This document shows positions 48,769 through 59,089 of a DNA stretch of 64,000 nucleotides, one piece after another. The DNA is from an uncultured SAR86 cluster bacterium (GTDB taxonomy: Bacteria; Pseudomonadota; Gammaproteobacteria; Magnimaribacterales; D2472): positions 17,431-81,430 of the forward strand of contig CACCOR010000005.1 of the NCBI GenBank assembly GCA_902547695.1, in the 5' to 3' direction. Position numbers and translations under genes: made by a program. The first letter of the stretch is position 1. Every line of letters begins with the position of its first letter. The notes below the pieces were generated by a model. It ran no database searches. It was not told the DNA's origin and saw only the letters and a list, made by a program, of their open reading frames with translations.

Positions 48769-49800
48769 TTAGACAAATATTACAGAAGATTCTTCCTTTT
48801 TATTTTTGACTTTTCCAATGACGAAACTATTCATTTTTAATTCTTTTATTCTCGAAGAAATATTTAACTCTTCATCTTCATCAACAAAAAGCACCATGCC
48901 TATTCCACAATTAAATATTCTATACATATCATCATCAGAAATATTTCCATTTTCTTTTAACCATTTAAAAATATTTGGCATTTCCCACGAGTCAGTATCT
49001 ATTTCTACGCAGAGATTATCTGGTATGGATCTTGGTAGATTTTCTGTGAGACCACCTCCCGTAATATGTGAAAGAGAATTAATCTTATAATTTGAAATTA
49101 ACTCCATAATCAATTTGGGATAAAGCAAGGTTGGCTCAAGACATCTTTTAGCTATTATATTTTTTTCTTCTTCATTTACCTTTGATTCTTTAATGATTTT
49201 TCTTATTAAAGAAAATCCATTTGAATGTGGACCACTTGATTCTATTCCTATCAAGACATTACCGCACATGACATTATCATTTTTAATTATCTTATCTTTG
49301 CTAACGCATCCAACTGAGAATCCAGCAAGATCGAAATTATTATCAATATAATGGCCAGGCATCTCAGCAGTTTCACCGCCTAAAAGCGCACAGTCAGATT
49401 TGACGCATGCATCTGCAATACTTTTTACAACGGTAGTAGCTTCATTAACATCTAGCTTTGAAGATGCATAATAATCCAAAAAAAATAGAGGCTTTGCACC
49501 GCACACAATTAAATCATTAACACACATGGCTACAAGATCTTGACCAATGCCTGATAAATCATTGTACTGTTGAGCAAGCGAAACTTTTGTTCCAACTCCA
49601 TCTGTACATGCAACTAAAACTGGATTCTTAATATCCTTATCTAGCTCGTACATTCCTGCAAAGCCTCCAATATTATCTAAGACATTCTTATTATGAGAGG
49701 CGGCAACACTCTTTTTAATTTGATTAACTAAGCTGTTACCAGCATCAATATCAACTCCAGCTAATTTGTATGGATCATTTTCTATAATTTCTTTTGTCAT
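48769..49800 (-). CDS. purM: Phosphoribosylformylglycinamidine cyclo-ligase
   Basis: AGVDI, TDGVGTK, GGETAEMPG, HSNGFSL, HITGGG, FNCGIG. Confidence 0.97.
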   Translation of the reverse strand: MTKEIIENDPYKLAGVDIDAGNSLVNQIKKSVAASHNKNVLDNIGGFAGMYELDKDIKNPVLVACTDGVGTKVSLAQQYNDLSGIGQDLVAMCVNDLIVCGAKPLFFLDYYASSKLDVNEATTVVKSIADACVKSDCALLGGETAEMPGHYIDNNFDLAGFSVGCVSKDKIIKNDNVMCGNVLIGIESSGPHSNGFSLIRKIIKESKVNEEEKNIIAKRCLEPTLLYPKLIMELISNYKINSLSHITGGGLTENLPRSIPDNLCVEIDTDSWEMPNIFKWLKENGNISDDDMYRIFNCGIGMVLFVDEDEELNISSRIKELKMNSFVIGKVKNKKEESSVIFV

Positions 49801-49827
49801 TTAAAATACCTTCATATACTAAAAAAT

Positions 49828-50847
49828 ATGAGATTTTTAAAACATACTTTATTAAGCCTTATTATCTTTTCTAATACATGCTTTGGAAAGGAGTTTGACA
49901 AACTTTTTGTAGTTTTAGAACCAATTGATAGCGTATCGCAAATTGAGAAATCAATAAATAATTCATTTAATACTATGATTTATAGATTAAGCGGCAGTGA
50001 TTCTCCTTCAAATATATGGAAAATCATCAATGCTGGTAATGCACGAAAAAATTTTATAAAAAGTTATTCTATAAAGAATATTAATAACAAAAGTTATCTA
50101 GAGGTAAATTTTGATAAAGATTTGTTGATTGAAGTTTTTAATAGGCTTTCTATTCCAATTTTAAGCAATTCTAGGCCTATTGTATTATTCCTTATTGAAA
50201 TCGATTCTGGGACAGAAGAACCTTATTATTTAACAAATTCTCAAAACAACTCTGTATTAGATGAGTCTTTAAAAGATTATTTAAAAAATGAATCAACTTC
50301 AAGAGGAATTTTTCTTGAACTCCCCGAGCCAGATTTGATTGATGTCAATCAATTAAGGAACTATGAAAGACTTATTAATTATGAGGATATTATTAACGAA
50401 AAATATATTTTTGATGAATTAATTAAAATCAATGTATCTAAAACGGGTATTGATGAATGGTCAATCAGCGGTGATATAAATATGACCGTGGATGATAAAG
50501 ATTTTATTAGTCCTTTTATAGAAAAATTTAAAGAACATACTAATTCTATAATTAATAAAATACTTAAGAAAAATCTTATAAATACTTCAAAAAAAGGAGT
50601 AATTAATATTTCTGTTTCAAATATTAATTCTTTTCAAGATTATGAAAAATCTCGGAAGGTTCTTGAGAATCTAGTAGGATCAAGAAACATAGACATCAGT
50701 AGATTTCATATAGATACTATTTTTTATAGATTGGATATATTTGGGGACTTTGATTCAATTGTAAAAGAAATATCTGAAAATAATTTTCTTGAGATTATTA
50801 GTCAATATAAAGATAAATCTGAGATAAATATGAATTTCGTTAAATGA
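49828..50847 (+). CDS. DUF2066-like exported protein
   Basis: Divergent from purM, upstream of hda (conserved synteny); RLSG and RP..L...RG patterns. Confidence 0.65.
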   Translation: MRFLKHTLLSLIIFSNTCFGKEFDKLFVVLEPIDSVSQIEKSINNSFNTMIYRLSGSDSPSNIWKIINAGNARKNFIKSYSIKNINNKSYLEVNFDKDLLIEVFNRLSIPILSNSRPIVLFLIEIDSGTEEPYYLTNSQNNSVLDESLKDYLKNESTSRGIFLELPEPDLIDVNQLRNYERLINYEDIINEKYIFDELIKINVSKTGIDEWSISGDINMTVDDKDFISPFIEKFKEHTNSIINKILKKNLINTSKKGVINISVSNINSFQDYEKSRKVLENLVGSRNIDISRFHIDTIFYRLDIFGDFDSIVKEISENNFLEIISQYKDKSEINMNFVK

Positions 50848-51395
50848 AAAAGTATTTTATATTCATTCCCAACTTACTTACTATCGTAAGAATAGCTTTG
50901 GTTTATCCAATTTTAAATAATATTTATTTAGGAAATTTTGAAATTAGTATTATATATTTTATTGTCGCCTCAATAACTGATGGTTTAGATGGTTTTATTG
51001 CTAGAAAAATGAATTGGCAAACTGAGCTTGGTACTCTTTTAGATCCGGTCGCAGATAAAATTCTTCTGTCGGGATCTATTTTTATTCTTTGGCTTAATCA
51101 ATATATTCCTTTCTATATCTTTGTAATTTTTTTTAGCAGAGATGTTGCTATTCTTTTGGGAGCTGCTATCAGAATGACAATTATTGAATCTGATACACCT
51201 ACACCAAATTTTCTAGGGAAGTTAACAACTACTTTACAAATTATCTATATTGCAATTATTTTCCTTAAAGAAATTATTGATATAGATTTTGGATTGCTTC
51301 CCCTTGATGTATTTATAATTCTTGTAACTATCCTGAGCTTAGTTGTATACACATATAATTGGGTGAGAGATCTAAGGACTTATCATAATGAATAA
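50844..51395 (+). CDS. CDP-alcohol phosphatidyltransferase
   Basis: PNLLT and DGLDGFIAR...G..LDPVADK. Confidence 0.92.
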   Translation: MKKYFIFIPNLLTIVRIALVYPILNNIYLGNFEISIIYFIVASITDGLDGFIARKMNWQTELGTLLDPVADKILLSGSIFILWLNQYIPFYIFVIFFSRDVAILLGAAIRMTIIESDTPTPNFLGKLTTTLQIIYIAIIFLKEIIDIDFGLLPLDVFIILVTILSLVVYTYNWVRDLRTYHNE

Positions 51396-52065
51396 TCCGC
51401 AACAATTAACATTTCCATGGAGCAAACAAAATAAATTCACATTTGATGATTTTTTCTTTGATTCACCTAACAAAGAAGTTAAATTAGCTTTGAAAAATAA
51501 TGACGATGTTTTTTTGTATGGAGCTAAAGATTCAGGCAAATCATTCTTACTTCAATCCACATGTAATTATTATGCATCTGATTACAAATCTTCAGTTTAC
51601 ATACCAATTTCTGAAGCAATTAAGCATGGAACTAGTTTTATAGATTCATTGGAGGGACTGGATTTAATATGTCTCGATGATATCGATTTAATTGCATCAA
51701 ATAAAGATTGGGAAGTTGGAATTTTTAATCTTATAAATGACTGTCTTTCATCAAATTGTCGACTAATTTTTTCTTCATGCAAAAATCCATCGTCAATAAA
51801 TTTTGAGTTAGCTGACTTAAGATCAAGAATAAAAAGAATTGACCATATTGAACTCTATCCAATTAGTGATGCGAACTTGCCAGAAGCAATAAAATTTGTT
51901 TCTCAACTAAGGTCAATTAATTTGGGAGATAAAGAAATTAATTATCTTGTTACATATACAAAAAGAAATATGTCAGATCTCATTGAGATTATTAGCAAAC
52001 TAGATCAGCTTTCAATGGAGTTAAAAAGAAAAATAACAGTACCGTTAATAAAAGAAATTATTTAG
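51388..52065 (+). CDS. hda: DnaA regulatory inactivator Hda
   Basis: Clamp-binding QLTF, GKSFLL, CLDDID, DLRSR, RKITVP. Confidence 0.9.
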   Translation: MNNPQQLTFPWSKQNKFTFDDFFFDSPNKEVKLALKNNDDVFLYGAKDSGKSFLLQSTCNYYASDYKSSVYIPISEAIKHGTSFIDSLEGLDLICLDDIDLIASNKDWEVGIFNLINDCLSSNCRLIFSSCKNPSSINFELADLRSRIKRIDHIELYPISDANLPEAIKFVSQLRSINLGDKEINYLVTYTKRNMSDLIEIISKLDQLSMELKRKITVPLIKEII

Positions 52066-53896
52066 TATTGAAATATTCACACTCAAAGCAAAAAGATACC
52101 ATATCAACATCCTTCTCTTCGTTTATAAATCTATATTGATTGCTCATTAAATTTAATATTTTCTTTGATTTAGTACCAAAGTTGAATTCAATATCAAGAT
52201 TATCAAGAAGTTCACTTATAAAAATTTCAAATGGATCTAATTCTTTGAAATATCTTACTACTTTGTAGTTATCAATTTCGGCCATTGCTGATGCAGATTC
52301 TATCGCATCATCTAGCTCTCCAATTTTATCAATTAAGCCTAATTGTAAGGCTTTTTTTCCAGACCATATTCTTCCCTTAGCAATAGCATGAACCTCTTCA
52401 TAACGCATATTCCTATTTGCAGAAACTTTATTTACAAATTTATCGTATATATCATCAACCGTAGCTTGTATTGCACTTGTAACGTTTTCAGGCATTTCAA
52501 ATCTTGGATCCCAGTTGGCTGCATCTGTTGAACTAACTCCATCAACTTGAATTCCTACCCAGTCATATAAGTTTTCAATAGTTGTAAGCACACCATAAAC
52601 TCCAATTGAACCAGTCAAAGTTTCCTCTTTAGCCCATATTTCATCAGATAGCGTTGTTACCCATACTCCGCCTGATGCAGCAATATCTCCCATTGAGCTT
52701 ACTATTGGTCTGTTAGTATCTTTAAATTCATTTAGTGCATTTGTAATTAATTCGCTTGGATAAACTCCGCCACCAGGACTATTTACTTGAAGAACAAGAG
52801 CTTTAACATCATCATCCTTTATTGCTTTTCTGATATTTTTAACAATTGTATCTGAGCCTGCAATACCGTACATAGATTCACCAGTAGAGATCGCACCTTC
52901 AATGTTAATAACTGCAATTTTATTCTTGGAATCATTTTCTTCAGATTCAATAGTAGATAAATAGTCATATATCGATATTGAGTCAGGTAATTTATTTACA
53001 TCATTATCTTCATTTGGATATTCATCAAAGAACCAATGTCTTAATTCCTCTACTGTAAAAACCATATCCACTAACCCTTGATTAAGAGCAATTTGTGAAG
53101 CTTCTGGTTCTTCTAGTGTTAATTCCCAAAAAGAGTCACCATAATTTTGAATTGTTCCACTATTAAGATTTCTTCCACTTTCCATTAAATCTGTCATTTT
53201 TTTCCAAAGAGGAATAGCAAACTCATTCCATTGAGTTTTATCCTCTTCAGACATAGTGTTTCTAGTGAAATTTTCTGGACCAGTTTTCCATTCTCCAGCT
53301 ATAAATACATGTTGATTTAATTTAATATTTTCATAAAGATCTTTTACATACTCTCTTTTTCTTGAGAAACCAAAGGAAGATACTTGACCATATTTATTTA
53401 ATATAATTTCATTTGCTTGTGAACTAATTAAAAAAGCATTGTTTCCAAAGTTTTGACCATAGGCTATTACTCTTTTGCCCTTGTCTTTAATATTTTTAAC
53501 TGCTTTGGCAATTTCAAATGCTGAAGCGTAATACATTCCAAGTTCAGATACGTTAATATAAATTGCAGCAAGATTTTTATCATCAGCTGCATTTTCTAAA
53601 ACCTTAATGAGATCTTCTAATTCATGTTGCTGTATATCAGTTGAGCCAAGAAGAAGGGCATCAAGAGATGACGATGAGCTTGAAGAACTATCAACCACTA
53701 CTCCAACAGGTTTAAACCATAAAATTTTATCTTTTGTTGAAATACTCTCTTCTTCAGAAAACAATGAACCAATTCCGCCTATTAGTGAAAACGTAATTGC
53801 TATGAGCACGACAACTGTGAATAAGTTAACAATAATTTTTCTTGATAGTGTTAAAAATCTATCCGCTTTTGACCATACTGATTGAACTTTGCTCAT
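52058..53896 (-). CDS. sppA: Signal peptide peptidase SppA (67K type)
   Basis: NSPGG, AASGG, TGSIGV, GRIWSG, two S49 domains. Confidence 0.92.
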   Translation of the reverse strand: MSKVQSVWSKADRFLTLSRKIIVNLFTVVVLIAITFSLIGGIGSLFSEEESISTKDKILWFKPVGVVVDSSSSSSSSLDALLLGSTDIQQHELEDLIKVLENAADDKNLAAIYINVSELGMYYASAFEIAKAVKNIKDKGKRVIAYGQNFGNNAFLISSQANEIILNKYGQVSSFGFSRKREYVKDLYENIKLNQHVFIAGEWKTGPENFTRNTMSEEDKTQWNEFAIPLWKKMTDLMESGRNLNSGTIQNYGDSFWELTLEEPEASQIALNQGLVDMVFTVEELRHWFFDEYPNEDNDVNKLPDSISIYDYLSTIESEENDSKNKIAVINIEGAISTGESMYGIAGSDTIVKNIRKAIKDDDVKALVLQVNSPGGGVYPSELITNALNEFKDTNRPIVSSMGDIAASGGVWVTTLSDEIWAKEETLTGSIGVYGVLTTIENLYDWVGIQVDGVSSTDAANWDPRFEMPENVTSAIQATVDDIYDKFVNKVSANRNMRYEEVHAIAKGRIWSGKKALQLGLIDKIGELDDAIESASAMAEIDNYKVVRYFKELDPFEIFISELLDNLDIEFNFGTKSKKILNLMSNQYRFINEEKDVDMVSFCFECEYFNTK

Positions 53897-53954
53897 TAAT
53901 TACTCCAAAAAAGACTATGATGATATGTCATATATAAGACTAAGTAAACGCATT

Positions 53955-54287
53955 TTAGTTCATATTATTAATGATTCTTGGCCCATACATGGTGCTAATA
54001 AATAGTGAGCTTATAAGAAATAATTCAAGAATATCTAACCAGTATGCAGCTGTTCCAAAAACTCTCAATGAGCACAATAGAAAGTATATGATCAACAAAA
54101 AACAAAACCATTGATAGGCTTTGATTACTAATTTATTTATAAACACGTAAAAAATTAAAATAGGTACTGCCCAAAAGATATACATAAATATATCTATTCT
54201 ATCTTGAATAACATTGATAAATTTTGCAATAAACAAACATACAAAGATTAAATTTAAAAGAAGTTTGTAATTAGTAATACTAATCAT
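53955..54287 (-). CDS. DUF2069-like membrane protein
   Basis: KAYQWFCF..IIYF; conserved position downstream of wrbA. Confidence 0.7.
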   Translation of the reverse strand: MISITNYKLLLNLIFVCLFIAKFINVIQDRIDIFMYIFWAVPILIFYVFINKLVIKAYQWFCFLLIIYFLLCSLRVFGTAAYWLDILELFLISSLFISTMYGPRIINNMN

Positions 54288-54876
54288 TAATTTTCATTAC
54301 TAATTTGCCAAGCCTTGATCCAGTTTTTTTTGCAATTTCATATTCATCTTTTGTTAAATCACTTGAGGAATTAAAATTTTCAACGTGAGAGGGGCCATAA
54401 GGTGTTCCACCTGACTTTGTTTTATTTAGCTCATCAATAGAATAGGGCGTTCCAGCTACAACCATTCCATGATGTAACATGAAAGTAATTAAACTAAAAA
54501 GAGTTGTCTCTTGACCGCCATGCATAGAGCTTGTAGATGTAAATGCTATGCCTGGTTTATTCTCCAATGCATTTGTTGCCCACAAATCACCTGTAGAGTC
54601 CAAAAAATATTTTAATGGAGATGAAATTGAACCAAACCTTGTTGGAGAACCCAAAGCAAGACCACTACAGTTAATTAAATCATCCTTAGTACAATAGATT
54701 TCGCCAGATTCTGGAATATCATCTTCAATTTGTTCAACATTTGATGATATTTTTGGAACTGTTCTCAAGCGAACATCTAAACCAACATCTTCAATACCAT
54801 CTGCAATAGCATGCGCTAAATTTTTAACTGATCCAGATGCAGAATAAAATAATACTAATAAAAAATTCTTTTCCAT
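54280..54876 (-). CDS. wrbA: NAD(P)H:quinone oxidoreductase WrbA
   Basis: GSPTRFG, HGGQETT, GGTPYG. Start reassigned to MEKNF. Confidence 0.92.
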   Translation of the reverse strand: MEKNFLLVLFYSASGSVKNLAHAIADGIEDVGLDVRLRTVPKISSNVEQIEDDIPESGEIYCTKDDLINCSGLALGSPTRFGSISSPLKYFLDSTGDLWATNALENKPGIAFTSTSSMHGGQETTLFSLITFMLHHGMVVAGTPYSIDELNKTKSGGTPYGPSHVENFNSSSDLTKDEYEIAKKTGSRLGKLVMKIND

Positions 54877-54912
54877 GTTTACATTTAAAGTTTTAATTAT
54901 ATTATGTACGCG

Positions 54913-55365
54913 ATGAAGTCTAAAATTATACAACTTTTCTGTTTGTTACTACTTTTTGCTTGTCAAAAGAATGACATTGAAGTATTTAACGGATCAAATA
55001 CTAATCTTACCAAGCTTGAAGGTAGCTGGGTTGTAATAAATTATTGGGCTGATTGGTGTGCACCTTGCATAAAAGAAATACCAGAACTTAATGAGTTTGC
55101 GCATGAAAATAAAGATATATTTGTATTCACTTTTAACTTTGATCAACTCGATCAAGAAGATTTAGCACCAATTGCAAAAAAATTTAATATAGAAGTTCCC
55201 TCGTTGGTGACTCATCCTAGAGATATATGGGGTATTCAAACACCCCCAGCAGTTCCAGCTACTTTTTTCATAAATCCTAATGGCGAATTATCACTTTCAT
55301 TATTTAGACCACAAACAAAAGATGCGCTTAACGATATCTTGTTGGATTTAAAGCAGGCTTTCTAA
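54913..55365 (+). CDS. TlpA family thiol-disulfide oxidoreductase lipoprotein
   Basis: Lipobox LFAC, NYWADWCAPC, VPATF. Confidence 0.88.
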   Translation: MKSKIIQLFCLLLLFACQKNDIEVFNGSNTNLTKLEGSWVVINYWADWCAPCIKEIPELNEFAHENKDIFVFTFNFDQLDQEDLAPIAKKFNIEVPSLVTHPRDIWGIQTPPAVPATFFINPNGELSLSLFRPQTKDALNDILLDLKQAF

Positions 55366-56133
55366 AAAGTTATCCTGAATAATTGATTCTGGATTGATCC
55401 TTACTTTATTTAAATACACTGTCCAATGCAAATGGGGTCCTGTGACTCTTCCGGTTGATCCAACTTCTCCAATTTTTTGTCCCTTTTCAATTAATTCATT
55501 TTCATCAACCAGGACTGACGATAAATGACTGTATGAACTTATTAGACCATATCCATGATCTATTATTATGTAATTTCCTGCATAAAAGAAATCACCAACT
55601 AAAATTACTTTACCTTTTGAAGGAGATACAATTTTTGTTCCCTCAGCAGCAGCAATATCCAAAGATAGGTGAGGAGATCTAGGTTCATCATTGATGTATC
55701 TTTTTTTACCATATCTGCTTGAGATAATACCCTCAACAGGATTCATAAAATTTAAATCAGGCACTAAAAATTTTGAATAGTTATTAAGTGCTTTTTGTAT
55801 AATTTTAGATTCTTTGAAAGCCCTATCAGAATCTTCTTTACTTAGATTAACCATAGAATTGTTTTCAATAGTAATTCTAGATTCACCAAAATCTTTTTGA
55901 TTAATATTTATTTTTTCACCATCTACATATATTGAGTCATTTTGTTTTTCAAATGGCAGTGGTATCAATTTATATAGAGATTCATTAATTTCGACCGTTA
56001 AATATTTATCAAGATCATTACTTGAAGCTTTTATAGCAATTATTTCGCCAGGGTCTCCAAATCTTTCCGCATTAATAAAAAAAGAAATTAAACATATATA
56101 ACAAAGAGCAGAATTTTTAAGCTTATTTCTCAT
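55348..56133 (-). CDS. M23 family metallopeptidase
   Basis: HLSLD (HxxxD), YSHL, TGPHLHW. Confidence 0.9.
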   Translation of the reverse strand: MRNKLKNSALCYICLISFFINAERFGDPGEIIAIKASSNDLDKYLTVEINESLYKLIPLPFEKQNDSIYVDGEKININQKDFGESRITIENNSMVNLSKEDSDRAFKESKIIQKALNNYSKFLVPDLNFMNPVEGIISSRYGKKRYINDEPRSPHLSLDIAAAEGTKIVSPSKGKVILVGDFFYAGNYIIIDHGYGLISSYSHLSSVLVDENELIEKGQKIGEVGSTGRVTGPHLHWTVYLNKVRINPESIIQDNFLESLL

Positions 56134-57487
56134 TTTTTATTACTTCAACATCAAGCGTGCCTTTATTTAATCTTGTTTTTAAAATTTCTCCTTTGCTGAC
56201 ATCCTTGAAAGTCTTTATTGCTTCACCTTTACTATTAGTAACGATCGCATATCCTCTATCTAATATTGATAGTGGGCTGAGTATTTCTATATTTTTAAGC
56301 AATTTATCAACTAAATTTTTATTTAGCATTATCTTTTCATTAATATTTCTATGAAGTCTTTCGTTAGCTTGAATTAATTTATTTTTAATAAGATCTAATT
56401 TTCTAATTGGATTGTTAAAACTAATCTGAGAATCAATTTTTTCAATTCGATTCTTTTTATCATTAATGATTGATTTTTGTTGTTTTTGCATTCTTAGATC
56501 CAGATTATCTAAATATTGATTTTTCTCTCTTAATAGCGACAAAGGATCTTTCAATCTTGATTGATTAAAATCTAGATTTCGTTTTAAGTCTTCAATGAAA
56601 GTTTTTATATTTTTATTTATTTTTGATTTAAATTCTTCTAACTTGTCTAAGAGTTTAAAATTAAATTCAGTGACAAGCTCTGCTGATGCTGTAGGAGTAG
56701 GGACTCGAATATCGCAAACAAAGTCACAAATAGTAAAATCAATTTCATGACCAACTCCAGATATAGTTGGAATTGGATATGAAAAAATTTCTCTCGCTAA
56801 ATCTTCATTATTAAAGCACCAAAGATCTTCTATTGAACCTCCGCCTCTAGCAAGAATGACAACATCAATTTTGTTATTAGGATTTTTCTCATTGTGCAAA
56901 ATTATTCTATTAAGTGCATTGATAATACTGACGTGGGCATTGTCGCCCTGAACCAGAGCATCACTTAATGAAATTTTTGAGTTTGGCGCTCTTCTTTTAA
57001 CAGTTGAAATAATATCTTGAAATGCAGCAGTGGATGATGAGGTTACAATCCCAATGTGTTTAGGTGATTGAGGTATATCTTCTTTATTGTCCAAATTAAA
57101 TAATCCTTCGTTTTCTAATTTATTCTTTAGCTTTTCAAATTGTTGCATCAGATTTCCTGCACCTGCAGGCTCAATAGTTTTTACGATTAATTGATAGTCA
57201 CCTCGGGGAGCATAAATACTTACTTGACCCTTGAGCACACACTGATCTCCATTTTCAGGTGAAAAATTTAATTTCATGTTTTGATTTTTGAACATTGCAC
57301 ATCTTATTGCTCCTTCCTCATCCTTTAACGTGAAGTAGATATGCCCTGAACTAGGCCTTGAAAGGTTTGATATTTCTCCAACAACTGATACATTGTTGAA
57401 GTTATTTTCTAATAAGTATTTTGCAGATTTATTTAATTCGCCTACTGAGATAATTTCATCATTCTGCACTACAATGTCACTAGTCAT
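56123..57487 (-). CDS. xseA: Exodeoxyribonuclease VII large subunit
   Basis: SGHIYFTLKD, ARGGGSIEDLWCFN, VGHEID, PTPT, RGYA. Confidence 0.96.
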   Translation of the reverse strand: MTSDIVVQNDEIISVGELNKSAKYLLENNFNNVSVVGEISNLSRPSSGHIYFTLKDEEGAIRCAMFKNQNMKLNFSPENGDQCVLKGQVSIYAPRGDYQLIVKTIEPAGAGNLMQQFEKLKNKLENEGLFNLDNKEDIPQSPKHIGIVTSSSTAAFQDIISTVKRRAPNSKISLSDALVQGDNAHVSIINALNRIILHNEKNPNNKIDVVILARGGGSIEDLWCFNNEDLAREIFSYPIPTISGVGHEIDFTICDFVCDIRVPTPTASAELVTEFNFKLLDKLEEFKSKINKNIKTFIEDLKRNLDFNQSRLKDPLSLLREKNQYLDNLDLRMQKQQKSIINDKKNRIEKIDSQISFNNPIRKLDLIKNKLIQANERLHRNINEKIMLNKNLVDKLLKNIEILSPLSILDRGYAIVTNSKGEAIKTFKDVSKGEILKTRLNKGTLDVEVIKNEK

Positions 57488-57504
57488 GTTGAAAGTATAA
57501 CTTT

Positions 57505-58401
57505 ATGAAAACTAATTTTCAGCGAACAAATCACTTTCTTATCCTCACACTTGGAGCTGTACTAATTGGCTTTGCGCCAATTTTTGTTAAATGGAGCATG
57601 TTATCCTCATCAGCAATCAGTTTTTATAGGATGTTGTTAGCGATACCCTTTTTATTTTTACTAAACTTAAGATTAAATAAAAAATTTAAGTTCACTGTAA
57701 ATGATAGTAAAACAATTTTTTTTGCTGCACTTGCATCTTTAGCATTTACAACTGATTTAACTCTATGGCATTACAGTATGAATATAACATCCGTTTCTAA
57801 TGCAACTATAATAGTTAATTCTGCTCCTGTCTTTGTAGCTATTCTTGGATATATATTTTTTAAGGAAAAACTTTCAAGGAGTTTTGTTGTATCTTTCTTG
57901 ATTACCTATGTTGGAATACTGGGGTTAATTTATTTTTCAAATAATTACGCTACTGGGAGAGTTGTTGGTGACATACTCTGTTTAATTGCGGCTTTTTTTT
58001 ATGGAGTGTATTTGTTAATAATTGCAAAATTAGGTAAAGAAAATTCCCTAAATATAATTTTTTACACAACATTATTTTGTTGTTTATTTTCAATAATCCC
58101 AATGCTTATTCAAGGTGGAAATATGGTACCGTCCACTTCATTTGAATGGATAAACTTATTATTACTTGCAGTTTTATGTCAATTTGGAGGTCAATATTTA
58201 ATTACTCATGGAATTGGAAAAATATCTGCCTCTGAAGGATCTGTAGGACTTTTAATGCAACCCATTACAGCAACTATTTTAGCTGCATTTATATTTGGAG
58301 AAATTTTAAATATTACACAAATAATATTTGTACTTGTTGCACTTTTCGGCATCTATTTAGCAAGAATCAATCTAACTGGAAATCAACAAAAACAAACCTA
58401 A
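57505..58401 (+). CDS. DMT/EamA family transporter
   Basis: About ten TM helices in two EamA repeats. Confidence 0.88.
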   Translation: MKTNFQRTNHFLILTLGAVLIGFAPIFVKWSMLSSSAISFYRMLLAIPFLFLLNLRLNKKFKFTVNDSKTIFFAALASLAFTTDLTLWHYSMNITSVSNATIIVNSAPVFVAILGYIFFKEKLSRSFVVSFLITYVGILGLIYFSNNYATGRVVGDILCLIAAFFYGVYLLIIAKLGKENSLNIIFYTTLFCCLFSIIPMLIQGGNMVPSTSFEWINLLLLAVLCQFGGQYLITHGIGKISASEGSVGLLMQPITATILAAFIFGEILNITQIIFVLVALFGIYLARINLTGNQQKQT

Positions 58402-58468
58402 CAAATAATGTTATTTTTTTTCTAATAATAGTATTATTAGCACCCTTAATTGTTAATTAAGAAGGTTA

Positions 58469-58545
58469 GGGTGATTAGCTCAGTTTGGTAGAGCATCTCG
58501 TTTACACCGAGAGGGTCGGCAGTTCGAACCTGTCATCACCCACCA
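58469..58545 (+). tRNA. tRNA-Val(TAC)
   Basis: GGGTGAT/ATCACCC acceptor, TCTCG-TTTACAC-CGAGA, CCA. Confidence 0.96.
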
Positions 58546-58592
58546 TTTAGGTTGAACTTTTGTTAATAACATATATTATGCAACCTTGATGT

Positions 58593-58667
58593 GGTCCGGT
58601 AGTTAAACGGTTATAATTCCGCCCTGTCACGGCGGCGTTCGGGGTTCGATTCCCCGTCGGACCGCCA
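58593..58667 (+). tRNA. tRNA-Asp(GTC)
   Basis: GGTCCGG/TCGGACC acceptor, CCGCC-CTGTCAC-GGCGG, GCCA end. Confidence 0.95.
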
Positions 58668-58678
58668 CTGAATTTAAT

Positions 58679-59086
58679 ATGGATACTTTAATCGTAAGTC
58701 TTTTAATACTTTGCTATTCCTTGGTACTTGGAATCATTTTTGCACAAGTGCTTCTTACAGCTCCAGTGGTATTTAAGGTATTAGATGATCAAAATGCATC
58801 TAAATTCTTGAGAAAAATTTTTCCTCGCTATTATCTGTTACTGTTCTTAATCACCTTACTTGGTTTATTAATATCTTATTTATTTTTTGAGATGTTCGAT
58901 ATTTATATTGCACTTGTAGCTGTATTTTTTTCTTTCTTTGGATACATAATTATTCCTCTAACAAATAGTGCCAGAGATAGAGGTTGGGATAACCTTTTCA
59001 AATGGTTACATAATCTGAGTATATTTAATACAGTGGTAATTATGGCCATAGCTATAGTACAAATCTTTAGAGCAACAACTCTTTAA
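58679..59086 (+). CDS. DUF4149-like membrane protein
   Basis: APVVFKVL...FLRKIFPRYY and F..LH..S. Confidence 0.75.
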   Translation: MDTLIVSLLILCYSLVLGIIFAQVLLTAPVVFKVLDDQNASKFLRKIFPRYYLLLFLITLLGLLISYLFFEMFDIYIALVAVFFSFFGYIIIPLTNSARDRGWDNLFKWLHNLSIFNTVVIMAIAIVQIFRATTL

Positions 59087-59089
59087 GTC